From NCBI GenBank assembly GCA_963676105.1, contig OY781039.1, forward strand, positions 30,001-62,000: a stretch of DNA of 32,000 bases, in the 5' to 3' direction. This DNA is from Erysipelotrichaceae bacterium. GTDB lineage: Bacteria; Bacillota_I; Bacilli_A; Erysipelotrichales; Erysipelotrichaceae. A model generated the notes under the pieces. The model was not told the origin of the DNA. It ran no database searches and saw only the letters and a program-made list of their open reading frames with translations. Made by a program: the position numbers and the translations under genes. Positions 8,212-18,143 of this stretch are shown here, in pieces. Positions within the stretch are counted from its first letter, which is position 1. Every line of letters starts with the position of its first letter.

Positions 8212-9234
8212 ATGTTAAGTGAACGACAAGTTGCGATACTAAAAGCAATCGTTGAATCTTTCATCTCAAATGCTGAACCTGTGGGTTCAAAAAGTTTAGT
8301 TGAAAAGTTTAACTTACCGTATTCTTCTGCGCTTGTTAGAAGTGAAATGGTCGCGATTGAAGAGGCGGGTTATATTGAAAAAACCCATACTTCATCAGGT
8401 CGTGTTCCATCCGCTCAAGGCTATCGTTATTATGTTGAAAACCTAATGGAAGAAAAACATGATAATAAATTAGAACTCGTCTTAAATACTGTATTTAGTG
8501 ATCGAGAAATAAAGATTGAAGAAGTGATTAAACGTTCATGTGATATCTTATCGCAAATGACAAACCTTACTTCGATGGTTTTAGGACCTGAAGGGGATGT
8601 ACAAACACTTCAACACATTAATTTATTTCCACTCGATCATAACCAAGCGGTTGCGGTATTTATTACCAATACAGGTCATTCAGAAAATAAATTATTTAAC
8701 TTTGATGAAGAAATATCGGTGGATGAACTCAATAACTGTTGTGCGATCTTAAATGATCGATTAGTGGGTGTTAAGCTCAATGAGATCCCAGATGTACTGA
8801 CTTTGATTAAACCAATCTTGGCACAATCTGTTCAACAGTATGAACAAGTCTTCCAAGCCTTCTTTAATGCCTTTCTCAAATTTGCGAACCAAAATTTCTA
8901 TTTGAGTGGTGCCAATAATTTATTTGATCAACCTGAATTTACAGATGTGAATAAACTAAAAGAATTAATGTCGATGCTTGAGAATTCAAGTATGTGGAAA
9001 GATTTTGGTGCAGACACAAATGCTTTAAAACTCACCCATAGTGATCATGCGTCTGTTGTCTGGAAAGATGATATGGCTGTGGTTACATCTAACTTCAAAC
9101 TCAATGATGAGGAAAGTGGACAGTTGATGGTCGTCGGTCCAAATCGGATGGAATATGATCGTATTGTGTCACTGATGGAGTTTATGAGTAAAGCCATTGA
9201 AAAAGTCTACGGAAAAGGAGATTTAGATGAGTGA
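8212..9234 (+). CDS. hrcA: Heat-inducible transcription repressor HrcA
   Basis: MLSERQVAILKAIVESF...EPVGSKSL N-terminal winged-helix region. First gene of the hrcA-grpE-dnaK-dnaJ order. ATG at 8212 lies 9 nt after AGGAGG. The track's GTG at 8188 lies inside the operator/SD region. Confidence 0.93.
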   Translation: MLSERQVAILKAIVESFISNAEPVGSKSLVEKFNLPYSSALVRSEMVAIEEAGYIEKTHTSSGRVPSAQGYRYYVENLMEEKHDNKLELVLNTVFSDREIKIEEVIKRSCDILSQMTNLTSMVLGPEGDVQTLQHINLFPLDHNQAVAVFITNTGHSENKLFNFDEEISVDELNNCCAILNDRLVGVKLNEIPDVLTLIKPILAQSVQQYEQVFQAFFNAFLKFANQNFYLSGANNLFDQPEFTDVNKLKELMSMLENSSMWKDFGADTNALKLTHSDHASVVWKDDMAVVTSNFKLNDEESGQLMVVGPNRMEYDRIVSLMEFMSKAIEKVYGKGDLDE

Positions 9235-9814
9235 AGAAAAGAAAACAGCCGATCTGACTGAAGAAGAAGTCGAAGTGATTGAACCTGAAGTCGTTGAAGA
9301 AGTAGCTGAAGAACACAAAGAACACAAGAAAAAACATAAAAATAAAGATAAAGAAAAAATCAAAGAACTTGAAGAAAGTATTGAAATTCTAGAAGCAGAA
9401 AAAGTCGCTTTAAAGAATGATTACTTCAAAGCGTATGCAGATGCGCAGAACATTAAAAAAAGAAATCAAGACGAACATGATCGAATGAAAAAATATCGTA
9501 TTCAAAGTTTCGCCGTTGATATATTACCGGCTATCGATAACTTAGAAAGATCAATCGCAGCCATTGAAGATAAGGAATCGCCTTTGGCAAAAGGCATTAT
9601 CATGACTTACAACCAATTAATGACTTCTTTGAAAAAAGAAGGGGTTGAAGAAATTGAAGCCTTAGATAAACACTTCGATGGTAACTTCCACCAAGCCTTA
9701 ATGGCTGAGGCAGTTGAAGGTGTCGAATCAAATACAGTTATTGAAGTTCTACAAAAAGGGTATGTCTTAAAAGATCGTCTATTAAGACCAGCCTTAGTTA
9801 AAGTAAGCGAATAA
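9227..9814 (+). CDS. grpE: Nucleotide exchange factor GrpE
   Basis: Coiled-coil region followed by the C-terminal beta domain (GYVLKDRLLRPALVKVS). 8-nt overlap with hrcA. The N-terminal tail is highly charged. Confidence 0.93.
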   Translation: MSEEKKTADLTEEEVEVIEPEVVEEVAEEHKEHKKKHKNKDKEKIKELEESIEILEAEKVALKNDYFKAYADAQNIKKRNQDEHDRMKKYRIQSFAVDILPAIDNLERSIAAIEDKESPLAKGIIMTYNQLMTSLKKEGVEEIEALDKHFDGNFHQALMAEAVEGVESNTVIEVLQKGYVLKDRLLRPALVKVSE

Positions 9815-9820
9815 GCTTAG

Positions 9821-11641
<1,821 letters not shown>

Positions 11642-11646
11642 GACAA

Positions 11647-11680
11647 CCTTAAACCTAGGACTAATCCCCTAGGTTTAGGT
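11647..11680 (+). promoter_or_regulatory. Intercistronic stem-loop between dnaK and dnaJ (no T-run)
   Basis: aaacctagg (11651-11659) pairs with cctaggttt (11668-11676) around an 8-nt loop. Flanking pairs extend the stem to about 12 bp. It is followed by aggtcttgaag, not by a U-tract. Confidence 0.5.
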
Positions 11681-11703
11681 CTTGAAGTACATGGAGGCCC
11701 ATT

Positions 11704-12831
11704 ATGGCAAACAAAAGAGATTATTATGAAGTATTGGGCATCCAAAAAGATGCCACAGAAGCGGATATTAAAAAAGCGTATCGTAGCTTAGCAAAAAAGT
11801 ATCATCCAGATATCAATAAAGAAGCTGGTGCAGATGTGAAATTTAAAGAGGTGCAAGAAGCCTATGAAGTTTTAAGTGATTCACAAAAACGTGCTAGTTA
11901 TGATCGATTTGGTCATGCAGGCATGGATGGAGCCAATGGCTTTGGTGGTGCTGGTGGCTTTAATGGCCAAGGCTTTGATGATTTAAATGATATTTTTGGA
12001 TCTTTCTTTGGCGGTGGTTTTGGTGGATCATCAAGACAAAGTTCTAGACGATCTGGTCCTCGTAAAGGTGAAGATCGCTTGATGCGTATGCAGGTAGAAT
12101 TTATGGACGCCGTTTTTGGCAAAATGGAAACCATTAGTTTAGATGTCGATGAAGTTTGTTCAGAATGTATGGGTTCAGGTGCAGCTTCAAAATCAGATGT
12201 TACATCATGTCCAACCTGTCATGGTCAAGGTCAAGTGGTGACGCAACAACGTACACCTTTTGGGGTTTTCCAATCTCAATCCATCTGTCCTGATTGTAAT
12301 GGAACAGGTAAACAAATTAAGAATAAATGTAAAGTATGTCACGGAAAAGGTTATGAACATAAACACGTTTCCGTCGATATCAAAATTCCTGCAGGTATTC
12401 AAACTGGTCAACAACTCCGTGTTCCTGGTAAAGGGGAGCGTGGATCAAATGGTGGACCAAATGGTGATTTATACATTGAACTCAGTGTTAAACGCCACAA
12501 ATTCTTTGAACGTAAAGGAAGCAATATTTATATCTCTGTACCAATTAGTGCACTCGATGCGACTTTAGGTACAAAAATTGACATTCCAACGGTGAGTGGT
12601 GATGTTGAATTATCTATCCCATCAGGTACCCAAAGTGGAACTCAGTTTAGATTAAAAGGTAAAGGAGTTAAAGAACTTAACTCAAACAATACCGGCGATC
12701 AATATGTAGAAGTCAAAGTTGAAGTGAGTGATAAACTCTCTCGAGAAGAAAAAGACCTTTATAAAAAGCTTAAAGATCTTCAAGGGAAAAACTCTAGCTA
12801 TGATCGCTTCATGAAAAATTTTAAAAGATAA
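11704..12831 (+). CDS. dnaJ: Co-chaperone DnaJ (type I)
   Basis: J-domain with HPD (KKYHPDINK), a G/F-rich linker and four CxxCxGxG zinc motifs ([32 protein letters not shown]). Confidence 0.97.
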   Translation: MANKRDYYEVLGIQKDATEADIKKAYRSLAKKYHPDINKEAGADVKFKEVQEAYEVLSDSQKRASYDRFGHAGMDGANGFGGAGGFNGQGFDDLNDIFGSFFGGGFGGSSRQSSRRSGPRKGEDRLMRMQVEFMDAVFGKMETISLDVDEVCSECMGSGAASKSDVTSCPTCHGQGQVVTQQRTPFGVFQSQSICPDCNGTGKQIKNKCKVCHGKGYEHKHVSVDIKIPAGIQTGQQLRVPGKGERGSNGGPNGDLYIELSVKRHKFFERKGSNIYISVPISALDATLGTKIDIPTVSGDVELSIPSGTQSGTQFRLKGKGVKELNSNNTGDQYVEVKVEVSDKLSREEKDLYKKLKDLQGKNSSYDRFMKNFKR

Positions 12832-12861
12832 CACAATTAAATAGTAGGAGGTTTTCGACTT

Positions 12862-15432
12862 ATGAGTATGAACCAATTTACACAAAAACTACAAGAAATC
12901 TTGTCAGTTGCGGTACAAAACTCGTTTGCGGCTAATCATCCTGAAGTATCCTGTGCTCAAGTATTAGAGGCCATGCGTCACGATGGTCTTTTAGACAGCG
13001 TCTTATTAAGACTTGAAGTCGATGCTAATCACTTTGATTCGATTATACAAGAAGCGCTTGATACACAAGCTGTAAGCGAAACAATCGATAGTCAACCGGC
13101 TATCTCTAAGGAGTTAAATGATAGTTTTTTCAAAGCGCTAGCGCAAATGAAAAAAGAAAATCAAACACTTTTAAGTGCCTTAGCTTTGTTTAAAGCTATT
13201 CTCTTAAACAAAAGTCATTTATCAAATAATATTTTAAAAACATTTAATCTTGATAAAGATAAAATTGATCTTGCGATTAATTCTGCTTTTCAAGGACAAA
13301 AGGTCACCAGACCTGATCAGGAAAATCAACTTGAAGCACTCAATAAATATGGGCGTAATCTTGTTGATGATGTGAAAGCAGGTAAGATTGATCCAATAGT
13401 AGGTCGTGATGATGAAATACGACGAGTCATTGAAATCTTATCACGTAAGACTAAGAATAATCCTGTATTAATCGGTCCTCCAGGAGTCGGTAAAACAGCG
13501 GTTGTTGAAGGTCTTGCTTGGCGAATTCACAAAGGTGATGTGCCATTTGGATTAAAAGAAAAAGAACTCATTGAACTTGATATGGGATCTTTAATTGCAG
13601 GCGCAAAATATCGTGGTGAATTTGAAGAACGTCTCAAAGCTGTATTAAATGAAGTCAAAGAAAAAGAAGGACAAGTTATTCTCTTTATTGATGAACTTCA
13701 TAACTTAGTAGGTGCGGGGAAGAGTGAAGGTGCGATGGATGCGGCGAATCTACTCAAACCAATGTTAGCGCGTGGTGAACTGAGATGTATTGGCGCAACC
13801 ACACTTAACGAATACAAGAAACACATCGAAAAAGATGCAGCCCTTGAAAGACGTTTTCAGCGGATTTTAGTGGATGAACCAACAGTTGAAGATACCATTT
13901 CTATTTTGCGTGGTATTAAAGAACGTTATGAAGCACATCATGGTGTCCGTATTTTAGATGAAGCCATCATTGCAGCCGCAACTTTATCTAATCGCTATAT
14001 TACTGATCGTTATTTGCCCGATAAGGCGATTGATTTAATCGATGAAGCTTGCGCAACGATTCGTGTTGAAATGGACTCTATGCCGCAAGAACTCGATGAT
14101 TTAAATCGCCGAATACTTCAACTTGAAATTGAAGAAACAGCGCTTAAAAAAGAGAGTGATCAAAGAACATTAGATCGCTTAGACGAACTTAGAAAAGATC
14201 TCGCGAACTTAAAAGAAGAAAAAGAAGTTTTAAGTTTGAAGTGGCAAGAAGAAAAGAAAGCTTTAGATTCAATTAAAGATGATAAAGAAGCCTTAGAAAG
14301 AGCCAAACTAGATTTAGAAGAAGCGAGTAATGCTGCTCATTATGAAGAAGCCGCTCGTCTTCAATATGAAACGATTCCAAACTTAGAAGCTAAGATAAAA
14401 GCCAACTCAGAGAAAGATCAAAGTGATGCGATGATACAAGAAATTGTAGATGAAGAACTCGTCGCTAAAATTGTCTCACGTTGGACACATATTGATGTAT
14501 CACGTTTGATGTCTACAGAGCGTGAAAAACTATTAAACCTAGACAAAATTCTTAAACAAAGAGTCATGGGACAAGATCAAGCGATTGAACTTGTCACACA
14601 TGCGATTATCCGTTCTAAAGCACATATTCAAGACGAACATCGCCCCATTGGATCCTTCCTATTCTTAGGTCCTACTGGGGTTGGAAAAACAGAAGTTGCG
14701 AAAGCTTTAGCTCAACAACTCTTTGATGATGAAAAGAAAATTGTTCGTATTGATATGTCAGAATATATGGAGAAACATTCAGTTTCTAGACTCATAGGTG
14801 CACCTCCTGGGTACATCGGTTATGAAGAAGGTGGACAACTCACAGAAGCTGTTCGTCGTAAGCCATATTCCATAGTACTACTTGATGAAATTGAAAAAGC
14901 ACATCCAGATGTCTTTAATATCCTACTTCAAATTCTTGAAGATGGACGGATTACAGACAATCAAGGTGTCACGGTTGATTTCACGAATACCTTAGTGATT
15001 ATGACCTCTAACTTAGCTTCTCAATATGCATTTGAAGAAGATCCAATTCGTAAACAAGAACTCTATGATGCAGAAGTGCGACGTACCTTTAAACCAGAAT
15101 TAATAAATCGGATTGATGAAATAATTGTCTTCAATGCCTTAGATCGATATGTTCTCTCACAAATCGCAGATAAGTTTATTAATGATTTACGTATTCGACT
15201 TCAAAAAGAACATTATGGTTTAGAAGTGACTCAAAGCGCTAAAGATCATATCTTAGAAGAAGGATCAGATCCAATTTATGGCGCAAGACCTATGAAACGT
15301 CATATACAACGTGCTATTGAAACAAAAGTTGCGACATTGATTTTATCAGCCAGTCCTGCTGAAGATAGTACACTCATTGTTGATTTTGAAAATGGTCAAT
15401 ATGAGGTTAAGATTAAGAATCGTTTGAACTAG
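12862..15432 (+). CDS. clpB: ATP-dependent disaggregase ClpB
   Basis: Two AAA+ modules ([14 protein letters not shown] and [16 protein letters not shown]) with a long coiled-coil M-domain between them. 856 aa. SD aggagg at 12846-12851. Confidence 0.96.
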   Translation: MSMNQFTQKLQEILSVAVQNSFAANHPEVSCAQVLEAMRHDGLLDSVLLRLEVDANHFDSIIQEALDTQAVSETIDSQPAISKELNDSFFKALAQMKKENQTLLSALALFKAILLNKSHLSNNILKTFNLDKDKIDLAINSAFQGQKVTRPDQENQLEALNKYGRNLVDDVKAGKIDPIVGRDDEIRRVIEILSRKTKNNPVLIGPPGVGKTAVVEGLAWRIHKGDVPFGLKEKELIELDMGSLIAGAKYRGEFEERLKAVLNEVKEKEGQVILFIDELHNLVGAGKSEGAMDAANLLKPMLARGELRCIGATTLNEYKKHIEKDAALERRFQRILVDEPTVEDTISILRGIKERYEAHHGVRILDEAIIAAATLSNRYITDRYLPDKAIDLIDEACATIRVEMDSMPQELDDLNRRILQLEIEETALKKESDQRTLDRLDELRKDLANLKEEKEVLSLKWQEEKKALDSIKDDKEALERAKLDLEEASNAAHYEEAARLQYETIPNLEAKIKANSEKDQSDAMIQEIVDEELVAKIVSRWTHIDVSRLMSTEREKLLNLDKILKQRVMGQDQAIELVTHAIIRSKAHIQDEHRPIGSFLFLGPTGVGKTEVAKALAQQLFDDEKKIVRIDMSEYMEKHSVSRLIGAPPGYIGYEEGGQLTEAVRRKPYSIVLLDEIEKAHPDVFNILLQILEDGRITDNQGVTVDFTNTLVIMTSNLASQYAFEEDPIRKQELYDAEVRRTFKPELINRIDEIIVFNALDRYVLSQIADKFINDLRIRLQKEHYGLEVTQSAKDHILEEGSDPIYGARPMKRHIQRAIETKVATLILSASPAEDSTLIVDFENGQYEVKIKNRLN

Positions 15433-15458
15433 CACAGAGCTTAGGCTTTGTGCTTTTT
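15431..15458 (+). terminator. Rho-independent terminator of the heat-shock operon
   Basis: gcacagagc (15432-15440) pairs with gctttgtgc (15445-15453): 9 bp including one G:U, 4-nt loop, then TTTTT. Confidence 0.82.
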
Positions 15459-15490
15459 AGTGATAAAATAGAACTAAGGATAGTGATTTT

Positions 15491-16171
15491 ATGGAACAAT
15501 TATTAAACGAATATAATCTATATATTTTAAGCATCTTTTTTAGATTGTTTTTGTCGGCGGTATTTGGGGCGGCAATCGGGGCAGAACGGGTTAAAAAGAA
15601 AAGACCTGCAGGGATTAAAACCCATGCCTTTGTGGCGATGGGTTCAACTTTAGTTATGTTGACGGGTGAATTCTTAGTTCTTGAATATGGATACAATACG
15701 GATGTATCTCGTTTAGCTGCCCAAGTTGTGAGTGGGGTTGGTTTTTTAGGCGCTGGAACCATTATGGTTACGGGTCGTTCTCAAATCAAAGGTTTAACAA
15801 CCGCTGCAGGACTTTGGTTTTCAGCTGCTTTAGGGATTGCGATTGGAGCAGGCTTTTATTCAGCTGCATTTATTTCAATTTTAATGGTTTATATGATTAC
15901 TCACTTCTTTGCGAAATACGATAATTATCTACATCACAATTCTTTAATAATGGATATCTATGTTGAATTTAGTGATGAGACAAGCGTGGGGGCAATTTTA
16001 AAAAGCTTACGCGCTAAAGGTATACAAATTAATGAAATTGAAATTTTAAATCAAGTTGGCAATCGTCATTTAGTACTATTGAGCATTCGCTTACCAGAAA
16101 AATGGAAGCACATGGATGCGGTTAAGTTGGTTGAAGATTTGGAGGGTGTTATACACATTGAAGAAGTCTAA
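15491..16171 (+). CDS. MgtC/SapB family membrane protein
   Basis: Family signature GAAIGAERVKKKRPAGIKTHAFVAMGS, 4-5 TM helices and a soluble ACT-like C-terminal domain. 226 aa. Confidence 0.85.
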   Translation: MEQLLNEYNLYILSIFFRLFLSAVFGAAIGAERVKKKRPAGIKTHAFVAMGSTLVMLTGEFLVLEYGYNTDVSRLAAQVVSGVGFLGAGTIMVTGRSQIKGLTTAAGLWFSAALGIAIGAGFYSAAFISILMVYMITHFFAKYDNYLHHNSLIMDIYVEFSDETSVGAILKSLRAKGIQINEIEILNQVGNRHLVLLSIRLPEKWKHMDAVKLVEDLEGVIHIEEV

Positions 16172-16212
16172 AAATCACAATTGATTTTAATGACTTATGG
16201 TAGACTTAAATT

Positions 16213-17271
16213 ATGAAAAAACTTAGCCAATCTCTTTGGTTTAATGTATTAGTTATTGTATCGCTGACCGCTTTTGGTTTAGTGATTGCCCTATATGATT
16301 CTTATGAAATAGCTTTTGAAACACTATTGAGTGTTAGTTTAGGAAAGCTCATTTTAATTATGTTATTTGGCATACTTCAATATCTTGTTTGGGGGTTTAT
16401 TTTAATGCTTATGGCGCGACAGATTGATCCTGATTACTCCTTTAAACAAGGCGTCACAAACGCTTTTGTCGGCGGGTTTATGCAAGGGATAACGCCAAGC
16501 TCAACAGGTGGTCAAGTTGTTCAGATTTCAACTTATAAGCGACATGGTCTAACAACTTTTCAAGGTGCTGGACTTATCTGGATGGATTATTTTATGTATT
16601 CCATTGCTTTGGTTGTTTTGACTTTATTCTTATTTTTAGCTCAATATCAATATTTTGGACATGCATCAATTACTTTAATCTTCGGCTTAGGTGTATTTAT
16701 TAATTTATTGATCATTTTAGTTTTAGGTTTAATGGTAAAGTATCCAAACTTTGCGAAAAAAACAGGTGCTTGGGTGCTTCAAAAAATTATGGACTTACCA
16801 TTTATCAAACATAAAGATGAGTGGATTGATCAATACTATGAATCAATAGAACACTTTCATGAAGCGATGTTTGCGGTTCATGAATCGCATGATATGTTGT
16901 GGAAACTGTTTTGGCTAAATATTTTAAGGCTTTTATTATTCTTTTCGGCTCCAGTTATGATTGCCTATATTACAGGTGTTGATTTTAGTTTTAGTGAAGT
17001 CTTTCATTTAATTGCTTTAGCTGGTTTTGTACATATGGCCAATACCTTTGTGCCATTACCTGGTGCATCAGGTGCGACAGAGTCCGTCTTTGTTTTATCC
17101 TTTTCTACTGTTATTGGGAAAGCAGCTGCCGCATCAACGATGATTTTGTGGCGTTTTTCAACCTTTCATTTAGTTTTATTGATTGGAGGGATTATCTATC
17201 TTTCTGATCGTCATCAACATTTACTTCAAAAGAAAAAGGAGAATCAAGATGAAGAAAATTTTAGTGAGTAG
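16213..17271 (+). CDS. Standalone MprF-flippase-like / lysylphosphatidylglycerol-synthase TM-region family protein (YbhN/UPF0104-like)
   Basis: About 8 TM helices, a central Gly/Ser-rich loop (GITPSSTGGQVVQ) and PLPGASGATE near the C-terminus, which is typical of this family. No aminoacyl-transferase domain. Confidence 0.6.
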   Translation: MKKLSQSLWFNVLVIVSLTAFGLVIALYDSYEIAFETLLSVSLGKLILIMLFGILQYLVWGFILMLMARQIDPDYSFKQGVTNAFVGGFMQGITPSSTGGQVVQISTYKRHGLTTFQGAGLIWMDYFMYSIALVVLTLFLFLAQYQYFGHASITLIFGLGVFINLLIILVLGLMVKYPNFAKKTGAWVLQKIMDLPFIKHKDEWIDQYYESIEHFHEAMFAVHESHDMLWKLFWLNILRLLLFFSAPVMIAYITGVDFSFSEVFHLIALAGFVHMANTFVPLPGASGATESVFVLSFSTVIGKAAAASTMILWRFSTFHLVLLIGGIIYLSDRHQHLLQKKKENQDEENFSE

Positions 17272-17488
17272 TTTAGTTTTAGTTTTTTTAAGTGGCTGTA
17301 ATTTACAAGTGATTGATACAACCTGGAAATATGATATGGCTTATATCAATGTTGGAGATGAAACCATACGTTGTGAAGTTGATTCATGGAAAGATTATTC
17401 TGAATCAGACATGTTGCAGGTGCGCTGTACAGATGGTCGATCATTTTTAGGTCATTCAACTTCCATCATTCTTCAAAGTGGCGACTAA
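17249..17488 (+). CDS. Small lipoprotein of unknown function (79 aa)
   Basis: MKKILVSSLVLVFLSGC is a classic signal peptide plus lipobox (L-S-G-C). SD aaaggaga at 17236-17243. The start lies 23 nt inside the previous gene. The track's longer ORF (17183) is an upstream extension. Confidence 0.7.
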   Translation: MKKILVSSLVLVFLSGCNLQVIDTTWKYDMAYINVGDETIRCEVDSWKDYSESDMLQVRCTDGRSFLGHSTSIILQSGD

Positions 17489-17489
17489 G

Positions 17490-18143
17490 ATGCAGACTTT
17501 GAACTTTGATGATGTATCCATTCCAGTATTAATCAAACGTGAAAAAAGAAAATCTCTTCGTTTTAAATATGTTGGTTCAACCTGTCACATAAATGCGCCA
17601 AGTTTTTTAACTGATGAACAAATTATTCAATTTTGTGATGAGAAAAGAAGATGGCTAGTTAAGAATTATGAAAGAGCACTGCTCTTAGAAGATTTAGATC
17701 AACGGAATATGATTTTAGGAAAAGAAGTTGAATTGGTTTATCATTTAGCGAAGGAATTATCATATGAACTAATTGATTCACACCTTCATATCTACAAATC
17801 AAATCGCTTAAGTGAAGCATCAGCTTATAGTAAAGTAAAGGACATGATGGCTTTTGATGTCATATTGCCACTACTAAGTGACGTCTTGCAAGAGATGAAT
17901 CTAACAATGAATTCAGTAAACTTACGTGTTTTAAAAGCAAGCTGGGGACGATGCAATTCAAAAAAGGACATCACCTTAAGTACGAAACTGATTGAGCGTC
18001 CTTTAGAATTTATTCGTTATGTTTGTGTACATGAATGTGCTCATTTAAAAGAAATGAATCATTCAAAGAATTTTTGGACACTTGTTGAAAACTATTGTCC
18101 TGATTATAAAAGTATTCGTAAACAAAGCACTTATACTTTATGA
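17490..18143 (+). CDS. DUF45/YgjP-like HExxH metal-dependent hydrolase (M48-like)
   Basis: HECAHLKEMNHSKNFW contains the HExxH zinc motif plus the family-typical H-x-x-x-F-W. The N-terminus (IPVLIKREKRKSLRFKY) matches the family pattern. ATG at 17490 is 1 nt after the lipoprotein stop; an alternative GTG lies at 17478. Confidence 0.75.
   Translation: MQTLNFDDVSIPVLIKREKRKSLRFKYVGSTCHINAPSFLTDEQIIQFCDEKRRWLVKNYERALLLEDLDQRNMILGKEVELVYHLAKELSYELIDSHLHIYKSNRLSEASAYSKVKDMMAFDVILPLLSDVLQEMNLTMNSVNLRVLKASWGRCNSKKDITLSTKLIERPLEFIRYVCVHECAHLKEMNHSKNFWTLVENYCPDYKSIRKQSTYTL

Noticed and set aside
11913-12568. Three short ORFs (11913-12134 -, 12205-12414 -, 12260-12568 +) inside dnaJ
   Set aside because: They are nested in alternative frames of an unambiguous DnaJ (HPD, G/F region, four zinc motifs), and their products look like frame-shifted low complexity.
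12832-12861. Search for a CtsR box, CIRCE or promoter specific to clpB
   Set aside because: None is present. The single GGTCAAA-like heptamers elsewhere (within gmk, and its reverse complement within rnj) are isolated and intragenic.
15457-15762. 101-aa minus-strand ORF overlapping the clpB terminator and the mgtC-like 5' half
   Set aside because: The plus-strand frame carries the MgtC family signature. The minus ORF spans a terminator and has no SD.
17183-17248. 22-codon extension upstream of the lipoprotein signal peptide
   Set aside because: It is the alternative frame of the flippase-like gene's C-terminus. A proper SD and MKK-signal peptide start at 17249.
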